Assembly (NCBI GenBank): GCA_964016885.1
Contig: OZ024761.1
Span: forward strand, 19,716,001-19,780,000
DNA: 64,000 bases
Origin: Eledone cirrhosa
Lineage: Eukaryota
Direction: 5' to 3'
Below, in pieces: positions 25,624-40,586 of the stretch (within the stretch, counting starts at the first letter, position 1; the number at the start of each line of letters is the position of its first letter). The translations under genes were made by a program, and so were the position numbers. The notes beneath the pieces were generated by a model. It did no database searches and was not told where the DNA came from. It worked only from the letters and a program-made list of their open reading frames with translations.

Positions 25624-26898
25624 AGTGCTCAGGTGCACTACAACTCATCAAAGGTGCATGTATAGCACATAGAATAATGTACAAATGTCAGGAAAGTGAA
25701 CAGTGTAGGAGTCATGATATACGCGCACACACACACACATCTGTGCGAGTGTATGGGGGGGGGGGGAATACCAGGTGTTGTATTGGCAAATTTGGGGAAG
25801 CCTGGAAGTTTTGAAGGATGCAGTGTCTCGACAGCTAACAACTGATGCAGGTAGTTTGTTCCCCGCTTCAGCCACTCTGAACGTGAAAAGAAATGTTTCT
25901 GAAAGCCATGGGAGCTGTGCTGTTTTCTGATTTTGTAAGCATGCCCACGGGTGTTAGACACACACACACACACACATATGTGAGTCTGTTAGTGTATTTT
26001 GTGTTAGTTAATCAACTGAAACTTATTCCTGAGAGGGTGGGGTGGGGGGTGGGGGGCTGAGTCCTCAAACACCCCTCCCAGCGGGTCCTGCCAGATGCAA
26101 CCATCTGCAACTGATATGGCTGGATCTCCAAGCATGACCAGCCAAGCTCATGGCTCTCTTGCCAGTTGGCTTTGCCCATAAATGAAAAAGAAAAAGAAAA
26201 AAAAAAACGACGACGAAAGGGTTGGGGTGTAAATGGTACTCTGTACAAAAATTAAGCAGGCAACATTCACACACACACACACACTGACTGAGAAAATAGG
26301 TTGCTTTGCAAGAGACTAATCGATATACAAATCGAAGTAGTCTAGGTCATCTCGATAGAAACTGATAAGTATTTATCATTTAATATAGATCTTGAAATAA
26401 AAACAAAACGAAAATGAAACAAAACTAATGAAAATAGAGTGAGTTGATTAAAATCAACCTCAGTGCATCACTGGTACTTTATGTTATGAACGCTGCACAG
26501 ATGAAAGGCAAAGTTAACCTCGGCGAGATCTGAACTTAGTTTGTAAAGGGACGTAACTATGTTGCAAAGCATGGCGTCCGACCCTCTAACGATACTGGCG
26601 GTGGCGGTGGTGTTGTGGGTTACATAGAAATGAGAGAATGATTAGCAAGTACATATAGTGTACAAACTAGGTTATACACTATACAATAATAATAATGGTT
26701 TCTTATATAGGCACAAGACCAGCAATTTTGGGGGAGGGGATAGTCGATTAAATCGACCCAGTGGGTGACTGGTACAATAATAACGATATTAGGTCCTTAA
26801 ATATGAAATGTCCGTTTTTCTTATGCACTTGCAATTTGAAATCGGACATTTCATACTTAATGACCTGCTATACAATAGTAGTATACAATAGCGATACG

Positions 26899-26909
<11 letters not shown>

Positions 26910-26950
<41 letters not shown>

Positions 26951-26953
26951 ATA

Positions 26954-26991
<38 letters not shown>

Positions 26992-26994
26992 ATA

Positions 26995-27032
<38 letters not shown>

Positions 27033-27035
27033 ATA

Positions 27036-27075
<40 letters not shown>

Positions 27076-27078
27076 ATA

Positions 27079-27126
<48 letters not shown>

Positions 27127-27129
27127 ATA

Positions 27130-27177
<48 letters not shown>

Positions 27178-27180
27178 ATA

Positions 27181-27224
<44 letters not shown>

Positions 27225-27227
27225 ATA

Positions 27228-27275
<48 letters not shown>

Positions 27276-27278
27276 ATA

Positions 27279-27326
<48 letters not shown>

Positions 27327-27329
27327 ATA

Positions 27330-27377
<48 letters not shown>

Positions 27378-27380
27378 ATA

Positions 27381-27428
<48 letters not shown>

Positions 27429-27431
27429 ATA

Positions 27432-27481
<50 letters not shown>

Positions 27482-27484
27482 ATA

Positions 27485-27532
<48 letters not shown>

Positions 27533-27535
27533 ATA

Positions 27536-27583
<48 letters not shown>

Positions 27584-28036
27584 ATAGTGATATATATATA
27601 TATATATATATACACAATAGTGATATATATATATATATATATATACACAATAGTGATATATATATATATATATATATACACAATAGTGATATATATATAT
27701 ATATATATATACACAATAGTGATATATATATATATATATATATACACAATAGTGATATATATATATATATATATATACACAATAGTGATATATATATATA
27801 TATATATAAACACAATAGTGATATATATATATATATATATAAACACAATAGTGATATATATATATATATATATAAACACAATAGTGATATATATATATAT
27901 ATATATAAACACAATAGTGATATATATATATATATATATAAACACAATAGTGATATATATATATATATATATATAAACACAATAGTGATATATATATATA
28001 TATATATATAAACACAATAGTGATATATATATATAT
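26910..28036. repeat. Array of CACAATAGTG separated by variable-length (TA)n
   Basis: About 30 invariant 10-mers. Confidence 0.95.
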
Positions 28037-28044
28037 CATACTAA

Positions 28045-28880
<836 letters not shown>

Positions 28881-29033
28881 ATTAAAAACTCACAATTATT
28901 CCCTTATAATCAAATAAGCTCAAAGAAATTCTGAGCTCTTTATAACACAGTACAGAGAAAAACATATATATATATATATGTATGTGTGTGTGAGTGAGTG
29001 TTCAAATCATAACGGATATCAAACCATATATGT

Positions 29034-29403
29034 GAAGGCACATGGCTTAGTGGTTAGAGCATTTGGCTTGCAATCGAAAGGTTGTGAGTTCAATTCTCAG
29101 AGCAGGTGATGTGTTGTTTCCTTGAGCAAGACACTTTATTTCCCATTACTCCAGTTTACTCAGCTGTAGAAATGAGATGATAGGGACTGGGGTCCATATC
29201 ATTCCACTGTTCCACTGCAAAGTGGTCGTGGAGGTGCCACGGCAAAAAAGCACCCAGCACTCACTGTTAATGAGGTTGGTGTTAGGAAGGGCATTCAGCT
29301 GTAGAACTTAGCCAGAATCAGTTCCCGTATTAGCAAGACAATGTCAGCCGACCGGACACTGCCCACAACAGGACAACCCGTCTAACTCATGCTAGCGTGG
29401 AAG
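29034..29403 (+). mobile_element. Same SINE family with the alternative tail type
   Basis: Same head and core. Tail GGACAACCCGTCTAACTCATGCTAGCGTGG matches the 57498 LINE end. Confidence 0.82.
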
Positions 29404-31040
29404 AACTTTATGATTTGAACACACACACACATATGTGTTTCTCTCTTTGCTATATATATATATATATATATTTTGTTATGCTTTGGGAGGGTCATGTTGC
29501 CAATAAGAAACACACGCACCAGTTGCTTTCACTTCAATTTATTATAAATTAAATTTATAAATTTCTGGTTGGTTGGTTCCACAACCAGACGATTGTTCAT
29601 ATATTGTCAAAGTTCTTTCGTCACACACATTCTGTGGCCTCTTCAGTGGCTGGGGATTCTTTCCTTTGTTGTTGTGCCTCTACTTTGTTCTGTCCTACGG
29701 CATCTGAAGATGGCGTAGGATGGGTCTTTTTTATTGTGGTACCAGCACTACTGTTTTACGGCAGGCATTTGGTTGCTTGTTGTGACCTTGACCTGGCTGG
29801 ACGTGAAAACACCGAGAATAAGATGAGAGAGAGAGAGCAAGCAAGCACCAGACTATATGCTAACTTGCTAAGGAAGATGGGGAGTGGGGGATTGAGGGGA
29901 GGAGTGGTCATGCAATGGTGGGAGAGGAAGTGATGTGTCATTGGGATGACCTTGGAGAAGGTCAGTTGAGCTAGTCTGTATGTCATGGAAGGTGTAGGGG
30001 CAGCAGCTTTCCAGCTTTCAGTTGTGTGTATTGGGTGGGGCATGGGGGTGATATGACAGGAGTGTAGCGATAGGCTGGGGTGGGTGATAGGGGGGGGGGG
30101 GCTGTAGGTGGGTGATATGACGGGTGTGTGTGTGTAGGTGGGTGATACGACAAGGGATGGTTGTAGTTGGGAGTACAAACCCAGGCTCTGCTGCACTTCG
30201 GGTAAACTCTCCAAATACCGGTCGCTCTCCGACAGGTCTGTTGGCTGGGCCCGTAACAGTGGAGACTTCTGGTGTCCTTGGCCCTAGGGCCACCTCCCTA
30301 CTCACCACCATCAGCACAGAGTTGGCTACACGCAGGTGTAAGCCTCGCGAGCTGGAATAGCTCTTCCAACGCGTCTCCCTCCCTCACTCTACTCCGGAGG
30401 GGGAGGGGGGGAGAAACGCCTTCTCCATTTTGTCTACCAGGGCGTGCGGTGCGGGGTGGTCAGCGCGTGGGCCCCCCATTGTCTGCGGGGTGGCCAGGGC
30501 GTGGGCCCTCATTTCCTCATAATAGTGAGAGATGGGGAGAGTGCGAGAGACGGAGGCAGTGACAGTGGGAGTTTGGTTCCTTGGTTCCCTTGTGTTCAGA
30601 CCTGGTGTGTATATATATATATATATATTTCGTGGACAGACACTCACAGTAAGACTATAACAATGGCAGGGGTTGTAGTTGGGAGCACACTATATGATGA
30701 AAAGGTATTTAAGTTATGACTAGTCCAGTTGGGGGTGGTGTGGTGTAGTGGCGCGGAGGTTGTAGATCTAACGTCTGTATCTAGGACAATAAATGTCTCG
30801 GGTATCCTTCCGTCCTTCCACCCCCCTCTTAAGACACGAAGGGGTAATGGTTTGAGGAAGGTTAGGCTACTGTTTCTTGCAACACGAGTGACTGCGTGCA
30901 TAAGAGGCTTCTTCGGTGACAGCTCGTGTTGGTTGTGGGGGGGGGGGTAGAGTGGTGGTGGAGAGAGAGAGAGAGAGAGAAAGATGAGGGGGGGAAGCGT
31001 GATGTAGAAATACAAAGGGGAGAGAGAAGGCGAGGGGGGA

Positions 31041-31079
<39 letters not shown>

Positions 31080-31876
31080 TGACGGGGGAAGCGTGATGTA
31101 GCAATACAAGGGAAGTGAGAGAGAGAGAGAGAGAGAAAGAGGAGGCAAAGGAGAAAAAGAGAGAAAGTTAAAGACAGACAGTGAGAGATAAGGAGAGATA
31201 GAGAGATGAGGGGGAGGGGGGTTGGAGGGGAGACGGAAAGAGATAAAGAGGGATAAAGAAGGGTAGATAGAGATGGAGAGTCTTTCACCGAGAATACCAA
31301 CAAACAAACGAGCTAAGCTCACGATCTGCTAATAATAGCAGCCAAATCTCTCTTAAATCACAAAGTGCAGCCTTTAAATAACTGTGTGTGTTTACACACA
31401 AACTCACACACATATCTATCTAGCGCGGGTAACATTCCCGAGATCCATGAACGAGTTCTCTCCAGTGGTCTCTGTCCTTCATCATCGCTGCCATGTCCTA
31501 CGTCTTCCCCCAGAGACCAGTGTCTGTCCTTAGGGCATCAATATATGTCAACCTCGGTCTCCTTCTTCTAGTTTGTCCGTGTAGCCCCCCCCCCCCCATA
31601 TATATATAGGGCGGGTAAAATTCCCGAGAACCATGGACGAGTTCTCTCCAGCGGTCTCTGTCCCTCATCATCGCTGCCATGTCCTGCGTCTTCAAGAGAC
31701 CAGTGTCTGTCCTTAGGGCATCAACATATGTCAACCTCAGTCTCCCTCTTCTAGCGTGTCCGTGCAGGGGCTCCCACAGGAACACCGAGTGCAGTGTCAA
31801 CTCTGAATGTCGGTGAGCATGTCCAGCGAACCTCAGTCTCCTCTGTGCTACTTTCGAGCTGACCTTTGGAAAAGAA

Positions 31877-31910
<34 letters not shown>

Positions 31911-32327
31911 GTTTCTACTTTAGGCAGAAGCCCAGCAAATACCCAGTGCATTACTGGTACTTTATTTTATCGACCCCGTAAGGATGAACCATATATATAT
32001 AATGATAGAATGTTTAAAATATAAGTATTTAAAACATTTCAAACATTATTTGATTGAACACGCAAAACTCTTTTCTACACACACACATATATATTATATA
32101 TATATATATATATATATGTCCATGTGTGAATGTATAATATATGTGTGCGTCCGTGCGTGGGAGAGAGACAGACAAGTAAAAAAAAATAAAAGCTGGCAAG
32201 GTGAGCTGACATTGGTATTTCAGTGCTTGAAAACTGAACATAACGATTAACGATATTTTAGGTTTTAAAATTATAGTATGGAAACCCAACTGCGTAATAA
32301 TAATAATTTGAATTTTTATTTTAGCGG

Positions 32328-32359
<32 letters not shown>

Positions 32360-35149
32360 CATAAGTTGCACACATCGGAAATAAAGTAACTACATTGTGA
32401 AACTGTCGTTTGTGTTCAAATCCGGACAAGATCAACTTAGCCTTCCATATTTTCTGGGGTCGATAAAATAAAGTACCAGTTTAATACTGGGGTTGATATA
32501 ATCGACTTTTCCCCGTCCTTCATTCTCCCAAATTGCTATCTTTGTGCTTAAATTAGAAATCATTACAGTGATTATAGAATTGGACTTGCAATTGTGAAGT
32601 TGTGAGTTCAATTACTTGACCGGGTGATGTGTTATGTCCTTGAGCAAAATGCTTTACTTTATTTCACGTTCCTCTTTTGGCCTGGAGTTGCGACCAGTAG
32701 ATGATATCAGAAATGGAAACACCAATGGAAACATCGTTTCCTCTGTCTGATCTGATGAGTTCCACCCTACTTGGTAAGCAAACGAGGTCTGGCAGCTTGT
32801 TTGATTGATTCAATAGATTGATTCAATAGATCAATAGGGGTAGCGAGGACTCTTTCATCTAGGTGAGCAATGGGACAACCTTTATAGTGGTGGTTCCATG
32901 ATAAAAAGCACAGAGTACACTCTGTACAGTGGTAGTGCTAGTGCCCCAATAAAAAGCATCCAGTACACTCTGTAATGTGCTAGTGCCACAATAAAACGTT
33001 CTTAGTCCATCCAGTAAAGTTGCAGTGCTGGTGCCACAATAAAATGCACCCATCCTGTCTATACTGTAAAATGGTTGTGCTGGTGCCACAATAAAGTGCA
33101 CCCAGTAAAGTATGTTCTGGTGCCATGATAAAGTGTACCCAGCCCACCCAATAAAATGGCAGTGCTTCTGCCACTCTTTAAAGTGGTGGTGCTGGTGCCA
33201 CAAAATGCTCCAGTAAAGTGGTAGCATTGTTGTCACAATAAAATTCACCCACCCAGTCCACCCTTGTAAAGTGGCAGTGCTGGTGCCACCATAAAATGCA
33301 CCTAGTGCACTCTGTGAAGTGGCTGGTGTTAGGAAAGACATGTAACTTCAAAAACCTGGTAAGATATGGAACATTTGAGCTCGACCGGTTTCTTCGACTA
33401 GGCTCGTCTTTGACCACGACAACCCTGTCAACCTTTGCCAGCATGGAAAGCAGGCACAAAACAGTGATGGTGTCGATGATAGTTCCTTCTTAATTTCTTG
33501 TAATTTAAGTCAGTGGATCAGCAGAATGCTTTGCAATATTTGTTTTGGCTCTACATTCAGAGTTCAAATCCCTCCAAGGTCAACTTTGCCTTTCATCCTT
33601 TTGGGATTGATAAAATAAAGTACCAGTCAAGTACTGGGAGGGTAGGTCTTCTTCACCCAGTTATTCTTGAGAGGATTGTGGGGAGAGAGTCCTCAAACAC
33701 TTCTCCAATTGATCCAGCTGGATCCCCAGGGGAAACCAACGCAACATCATTGATGTTATCCAACCATCCTGTTCAGGGTCTACCCAGGGGAGGGGGGGGG
33801 GTCGGTCTCCTACCAGTTGGTTTTACCTATAAAATCTATTCAGTGATTCTTTCCTGTGAAACATTCTAGCCACATGCCCGTAAAAATCGGAGCTGTGATC
33901 TCTCAATTCGGAGAAGTAGCGGCTTTACCTCCGAGTTACTCCAAATACCCTTCGGAGGAACCCCATTTCAGCCGCTTGTATTCACAATTGCATTCTTTGG
34001 AGTCCCACTGAAGTACTAGGAGACCAACCAATATGATAAATCCCACCCAACAAACTATCCATTGCTGACCTTGTGCCTAAATAAGAAATCAGTTTCTTGA
34101 AATTATTTCCCTTTGTATTTCAGAGTTGCTGATAATCACCACTTGGGTTTTGTTTTACCAAATAAAAGAAGCTAATATCAGATTATTTAGAGATGTTTTA
34201 CTTAGTTAGTAATTCAATACGACGAAGTATTTAAGTAGCTGGGGGTGGAGTGGTTATAGCCCAGCACACCATCCCTGGTTCTGTCTTATTTTCAGGTTAT
34301 GCGTGCACACACAAAGAAATATTTGACCTATTACTACTATATAATGGTTTCTTTACTACTATAAAATGACAATGTGAGGTACACACAGCAAGTTTATTTG
34401 GTCTAGACTTGAGTTATCACATGTTATTTTTTTGATTATTTTTATTTAGCCCTTGGTCAGCTCTGACTGAGCAGCAAGCATATGATCATTACCTCACTAC
34501 ACAGTTGTGTCTACAAAAGAATGAATAGGCTAATCAATACAAAATGCGGAATTTGTGAATATCATCATCATCACTGTTTTACGTCAATGTTTCCACGTTA
34601 GCATGGGTTAGACGGGTTGTCCTGTTGTGGGCAATGCCAGGTTACTGTAGGGGGTCTTTACCCTGTATATACATACATACATATGAAGGTCAGCTGAGAA
34701 GTTTATAGGCTGACCAAGAAACTCTCATGGAATGACCAAATGAGGTTTATTTTTTCAACATAGTCCCGGTAATTTAGAGGGAAATGGAAAGTCAATTATA
34801 TTGACCCTAGTATGTGACTGGTATTTTATCTTATTGACGGGATTTGAAAGATATTTCATTAACTCATTAACATTTACATTATTCTATATATATATACTAT
34901 TGTATTATCTCATATCGAATCTATGAGATTTTGATATTATTTATTTTAACATCAGTGTAAGTGGCCGGTTACAACTGGTTTGAACAAAAAGAGGTGAGAG
35001 AATTCTGGCCAGATATGGCCAGTTTAAATGTTAAAGGGTGAAATATACTCCACTCCTTTTTTTATTTTTATTTTATTCTTATATGATAAAAAAAGACTAA
35101 ACTACAAAAACAAAGAAAAATGTTTGATAGGCCTTCTTCTTTGCCTACT

Positions 35150-36330
35150 TATTCTGAGAGGTTGTGGGGCCAGTGTCCTCAAACACTCCTTCCAGAGGGT
35201 CCTGTCAGAAGCAACCATCTCCAATTGATCCGGCTGGATTCCCAAACGTGACCAGCCAAGCTCATGGATGTTAGTTATCCAACCATCTTGCTCGGGGTCT
35301 GGTCTACTCCTGGGCCTTCTGCCAGGGTTTGTTTTACCCTTAAAATCTGTCTAGTGATTCTTTCCTGAGACATTCTAACCACATGCCCATTGTATTGGAG
35401 CTGTGATCTCTCAATTCGGAGAAGTAGCGGCTCTAACAGGAGTGATGCTTTGATCACTGAGCTACACACTATCAAGTAATGTAACTCCAAAGACTGTTCA
35501 GAGGAACCCCATTTTGGCCACTTGTATTCACAATTATATTCTTTCAGTCATTACCCAAGATTCATGACCATAGGCAAGCGTTGGCACAAAAATTGAATTG
35601 AAGATAACGAGTTTGGCTTTTACACCTACCTCCCTTCTTCTGATTACTTAAGGTGGTGCATTACTGCACCAGCTTTTGCAATTCTTGCACTTAATTTAGC
35701 TTCCTGCCTTCCATCACTCGTGAACACAGCACCAAATACTTGAACTTCTCTACCTGCTTCAGTGGAACTTCATTTACATGTAGTGTGCACTGCGCAGGCT
35801 TGAGAGGACGAGTGTCTTAGTTTTCGCAGCACTCGGTATCAAACCAATCAAGTGCAAGTCGAAGATCATCTTCTCTCGACAAAAACAAGAATATACTTCT
35901 TGGCAATACTCGCACGATTTCTCGAATACCTGCCGCAGTGTGAATATTTGCTTGGCTGTGCTGCATCCGGGGTGAAAACCACACTGTTCACCAGCTAGCT
36001 CGGACTTGACAATCTCGCTGCATCTCTTTGCCAGGCACTTAGCACAGACTTTACTGGGGAGGCTTAACAAGGAGATCCGTTTGTAATTGGAACAATCTCT
36101 CTTGTCTCCCTTTTTGAAAATTGTGATTATCACTCATGATTGCCATTGCTTAGGTGCCTTTCCAGAGATCCAGGCCACCCAGCACACATGAGTCAGCCAG
36201 AGAATACGTTCTATATTTAAGGCTTTTAATATCTTGGGCCTCCATTTAATCTTCCCCAGCCACTTTCAACTCTATAGTTGCTTTCGTGACCTCGGCCTCT
36301 GAGAGATTAGTCACCGTTCCCTAATGCACC
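35150..36330 (-). pseudogene. Degenerate RTE-clade RT region (third family); related fragments at 26020-26175, 33645-34010 and 43525-43735
   Basis: IFKKGDKRDCSNYKRISLLSLPSKV, EQCGFHPG, QIFTLRQVFEK and EPLLLRIERSQL...GHVVRM, with stops and frameshifts. Confidence 0.85.
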
Positions 36331-38005
36331 TTGTTTGACAGGTAACTTTGAAAATGTTTACAATGCTAAAATATAATTTTGTCTGCTGGGCGCAGCAGAA
36401 GACACTACTGTGACTTAGGTGTAGAATCTGTCACCTTCTCTCCTTCCTTTTGTTGTCTAATAACCCTTGCCCTTTCCCTCTCGTTTATAGCATTAATAGT
36501 CCTTTCCAATACTGCTTTCTTTTTCTATGTTTGACTAAATATTTAATTCTTTATCATAGAAATATATTTGGGTATTTTGAAAATAAAATATATGTTGATT
36601 CATTAAAAAAAAGATTTATAAAAGTCATTCGTGCCTTTGAACAGAAAAAAACTAACATTCGTTATTCATCGTTAAGGGGTCGATAAAATAAAGTACCAGT
36701 AATGCACTGGGGTAAATTTAATCGACTTTCCCTTCCAAAATTGTTGACCTTGTGCCTAAATCAGAAACTGTTATTACGAAATAGAAATATAAAATTTATA
36801 GCACCATTGATATTCCATACTTTGAATTGCCGAACGCATTGTTATTTCTGTTACTATTACGACTACTAATACTATTGTACATCATATAACATCTCATTTA
36901 CTTTATTATTAGTATTTATTTTTTTGCTACCGAAAAGACCGTGCCCCTCCCTTAAACATCAACACTCGCCACCCCCGCTTTACTACGCTGCGATGAAAGG
37001 GAGCCACTAAGGGCAGTCTAAAGGTACGCTAGAAATAGCAGTCAAAATACACACACCTTAGTGACTTAAATAACTTAAATAATGAAGGACATTATTATTG
37101 CCCGATGATATACAAAATGACTGCAAGGTCGTGACGGGGGGGGGGGGGGTGTATTATGTATATATATATATATAACTTCTACAGGACTAGAGCTGTTTCA
37201 TTCGAATAAAACAGTTCTAGTCCTGTAGAAGTCATATATATATATATATAATAATAATAATTGTTTCTTTTTTGGGCACAAGGCCAACAATTATCCCAGT
37301 GCATTACTGGTACTTTATTTTATCGCCAGTAATGCACACACACACACATATATATATATTAAAAGCCTTAAATGAACTCGGCGGGTTTTTTACTTTCTGT
37401 CTCTGTTTATATATATATATATATATATAGTATATATATAGTATATATATATAAACAGAGACAGAAAGTAAAAACCCGCCGAGTTATTTTCCGTGGGAGA
37501 TGTGATGAAGTGGTGATGGTGTGGAATACTTGATAAAATTAATTAATAAAGTGATTCATTATTTCAGTAATGCACTTGGTAATTGCTGGCCTTGTGCCTA
37601 AAGTAGAAACAATTATTTAGCAAGCAAATATCGGAGATGAAGTCTAATATTGTAGTATTCTTCCGTCGTTTCTAAGTTATTCTTTCTATCCTCACACATC
37701 TCACCTTTGGAATTCTCTTTCGGCTTCTTGTTTGTTTGTTTTTTTTCATTTGTCCACTAACACTTTTTTTTTAAATATTGTTAAAAAAATGTTCAAAAGC
37801 AACCATCAATCGTCATCTCTTTCGCTCTCCTTGAATTATTTTCTCTCTTTCTTGTCCTTCTCGGTAACCCTTTACATTTTACTGGTTTTATTGCCTTGTT
37901 TGGCCTGAGTATATATTATATATATATATGTGTGTGTGTTAACATTGTCTAGGGTCCTGAAACCTTTGGTAATGGAGTAGTTATATATTGTGTTCATTCT
38001 CTAAT

Positions 38006-38043
<38 letters not shown>

Positions 38044-38215
38044 CGGATCTAGCTGTTGAAACGGCAGGAGCTCAGCCGTCGGGTTCTCGGATTTTTTCAT
38101 ATATATATATAATGTTGATTTCATACGAATGAAAAATTAATATATATATTTATATATAATTTACTGTAAATTTATACAACTGTAATAACATTTATATATC
38201 GAGAATCTACACGCG

Positions 38216-38261
<46 letters not shown>

Positions 38262-38435
38262 AGCTTAAAATATGAATGGAATTATAGATAGAAATTCTAT
38301 AAAGGTATATATATATATATATAATGTAGGAGGTGAGTTTTATTGTAGTACAATAAAGCAATGCAGATATCGGATAAGAAGCACTCTACAGTTTGTGGGA
38401 CTGGAGTATGCATAATATAATATATATATATTATA

Positions 38436-38475
<40 letters not shown>

Positions 38476-39264
38476 TTATATTAAGGCTAAAAAGTGAGAA
38501 TATAAATGAATATTAAAACTCTACTTCGGTATTGAGTACTCCTTTCTCTCAGTCGTCACACACACACACAAACACATATGTATATACATGTATATACATA
38601 TATATATATATATATGTATATATATAAGTATATATATATACATATATATATGTATATATATATGTATATATATGTATATACATATGTATATATATGTATA
38701 TACATATATATATATATATGACGATGTTGTTATAAATGAAAATTATTAAAGATATATTACTTACTATACTATAATCGTTGAAAGCCATCTCAGATTTATA
38801 AATATATCTGGTTTAATTAAAGTTAATTAATTAATAAACAACTAGATATGTCCTTCTCAGTAGTTGTCAATTAATCGTGTCTATTATATTTCTTCTAGAC
38901 CGGTGTGATCGATTCGTCACGTCTGGCTACCTCGTCGCGACTTTGATTATCGCTTAGTACCACCTCGTTGTTCAGGTCGTCACACAGCAATGTTTATAAA
39001 TAATGTGTTAACCCTTTCACATTCACCTCGCTTTCTCTCTCTCTTTCTCTCTCACTCACACACATCTCGCTTTCTCTTTCTCTCTCACTCACACACATCT
39101 CGCTTTCTCTCTCTTTCTCTCTCACTCACACACATCTCGCTTTCTCTCTCTCTCTTTCTCTCTCACTCACACACATCTCGCTTTCTCTCTCTCTCCCTCT
39201 TCGTACCTCTTTCTCTCCATCTGTTTATATAATGTGTTAATTCACACTCACGTATCTCTCTCTT

Positions 39265-39321
<57 letters not shown>

Positions 39322-39323
<2 letters not shown>

Positions 39324-39505
39324 GTGAAATTCCGTTATAACGAAATTCACGGGGGTATAAAAAAAAATCCGTTGTAACGAAACATTCTTTATAACGAGAT
39401 CGACTGAAATAAATCGAGCGTTTGTTAATTCCTCGGGGACTGAAAAAAATTTCGTTATACTAAAAAATTCGTTATTAATGGTATTCGTTATAACGGAATT
39501 TTACC

Positions 39506-39507
<2 letters not shown>
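39322..39507. mobile_element. pogo/Tigger-like MITE
   Basis: Inverted ends CAGTGAAATTCCGTTATAACGAA / TTCGTTATAACGGAATTTTACCTG with internal GTTATAAC repeats, lying in (TA)n. Confidence 0.7.
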
Positions 39508-39595
<88 letters not shown>

Positions 39596-39962
39596 GTATA
39601 TATATATGTGTGTGTGGTATATGTATGTGTGTGTGTGTGGTATATATATATGTGTGTGTGTGTGGTATATATATATATGTGTGTGTATGGTATATATATA
39701 TGTGTGTGTGTGTGTGTGGTATATATATATATGTGTGTGTGTGTGTGGTATATATATATGTGTGTGTGTGTGGTATATATATATATGTGTGTGTGTGTGG
39801 TATATATATATGTGTGTGTGGGTGGTATATATATATATATATATGTGTGTGTGTGGTATATATATATATGTGTGTGTGTGGTATATATATATATATGTGT
39901 GTGTGTGTGGTATATATATGTGTGTGTGTGTGGTATATATATATATATGTGTGTGTGTGTGG

Positions 39963-40000
<38 letters not shown>

Positions 40001-40030
40001 GTATATATATATATATGTGTGTGTGTGTGG

Positions 40031-40109
<79 letters not shown>

Positions 40110-40586
40110 TGTCTCAATCTATTTATCTGTAGATACTGTCTGTAAGTGTGTTTATGCTGTTTTGCAGGAGTTGTGTGTGTGTTTGTGTCGCGTTGCAAAA
40201 TACCCGCCATCCACATAAAACAAACAAACACATAGTATATAATTTGAGGAAGTTTTGAGTGTTATTCGATATAATTCCGATAGGCTCAGCTCCCTCATTG
40301 TTGTTTATCGATCACCGATGGATGAAATCGACAATCGATTTCGGTGACAGCTTAGAAAGCCAAGGTAGGTAACTCAACCGAAAGCTTACCGTTAAGTTCT
40401 GATTCTCTTCTAAAGACACTGGTTAACAAATGAGATTATTTAATTCTTATATATTTTCATGTCCTTGAATCCAAATATCACCTTGATAAATGTTTATTAG
40501 CTATAGTCTTAAAGATACACGACATGTAATAGTTGACTATTTGATTATAACATACAATATGTGTCATTATGTTTTAAGCTCTAGTC

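Noticed and set aside
24223-25672. Long YI/CV/HT-repeat ORFs here and at 118-814, 4961-6079, 26789-28039, 39478-40218 and 61582-62669
   Set aside because: Translations of stop-free dinucleotide repeats, open in several frames on both strands.
26945-28023. CRISPR-like repeat-spacer appearance
   Set aside because: The repeat is only 10 bp, the spacers are pure (TA)n, there are no cas genes, and the context is eukaryotic.
30602-30647. 46-nt GT-AG intron joining the two GC-island frames
   Set aside because: Very short, and splicing puts the upstream frame into a stop after about 27 codons.
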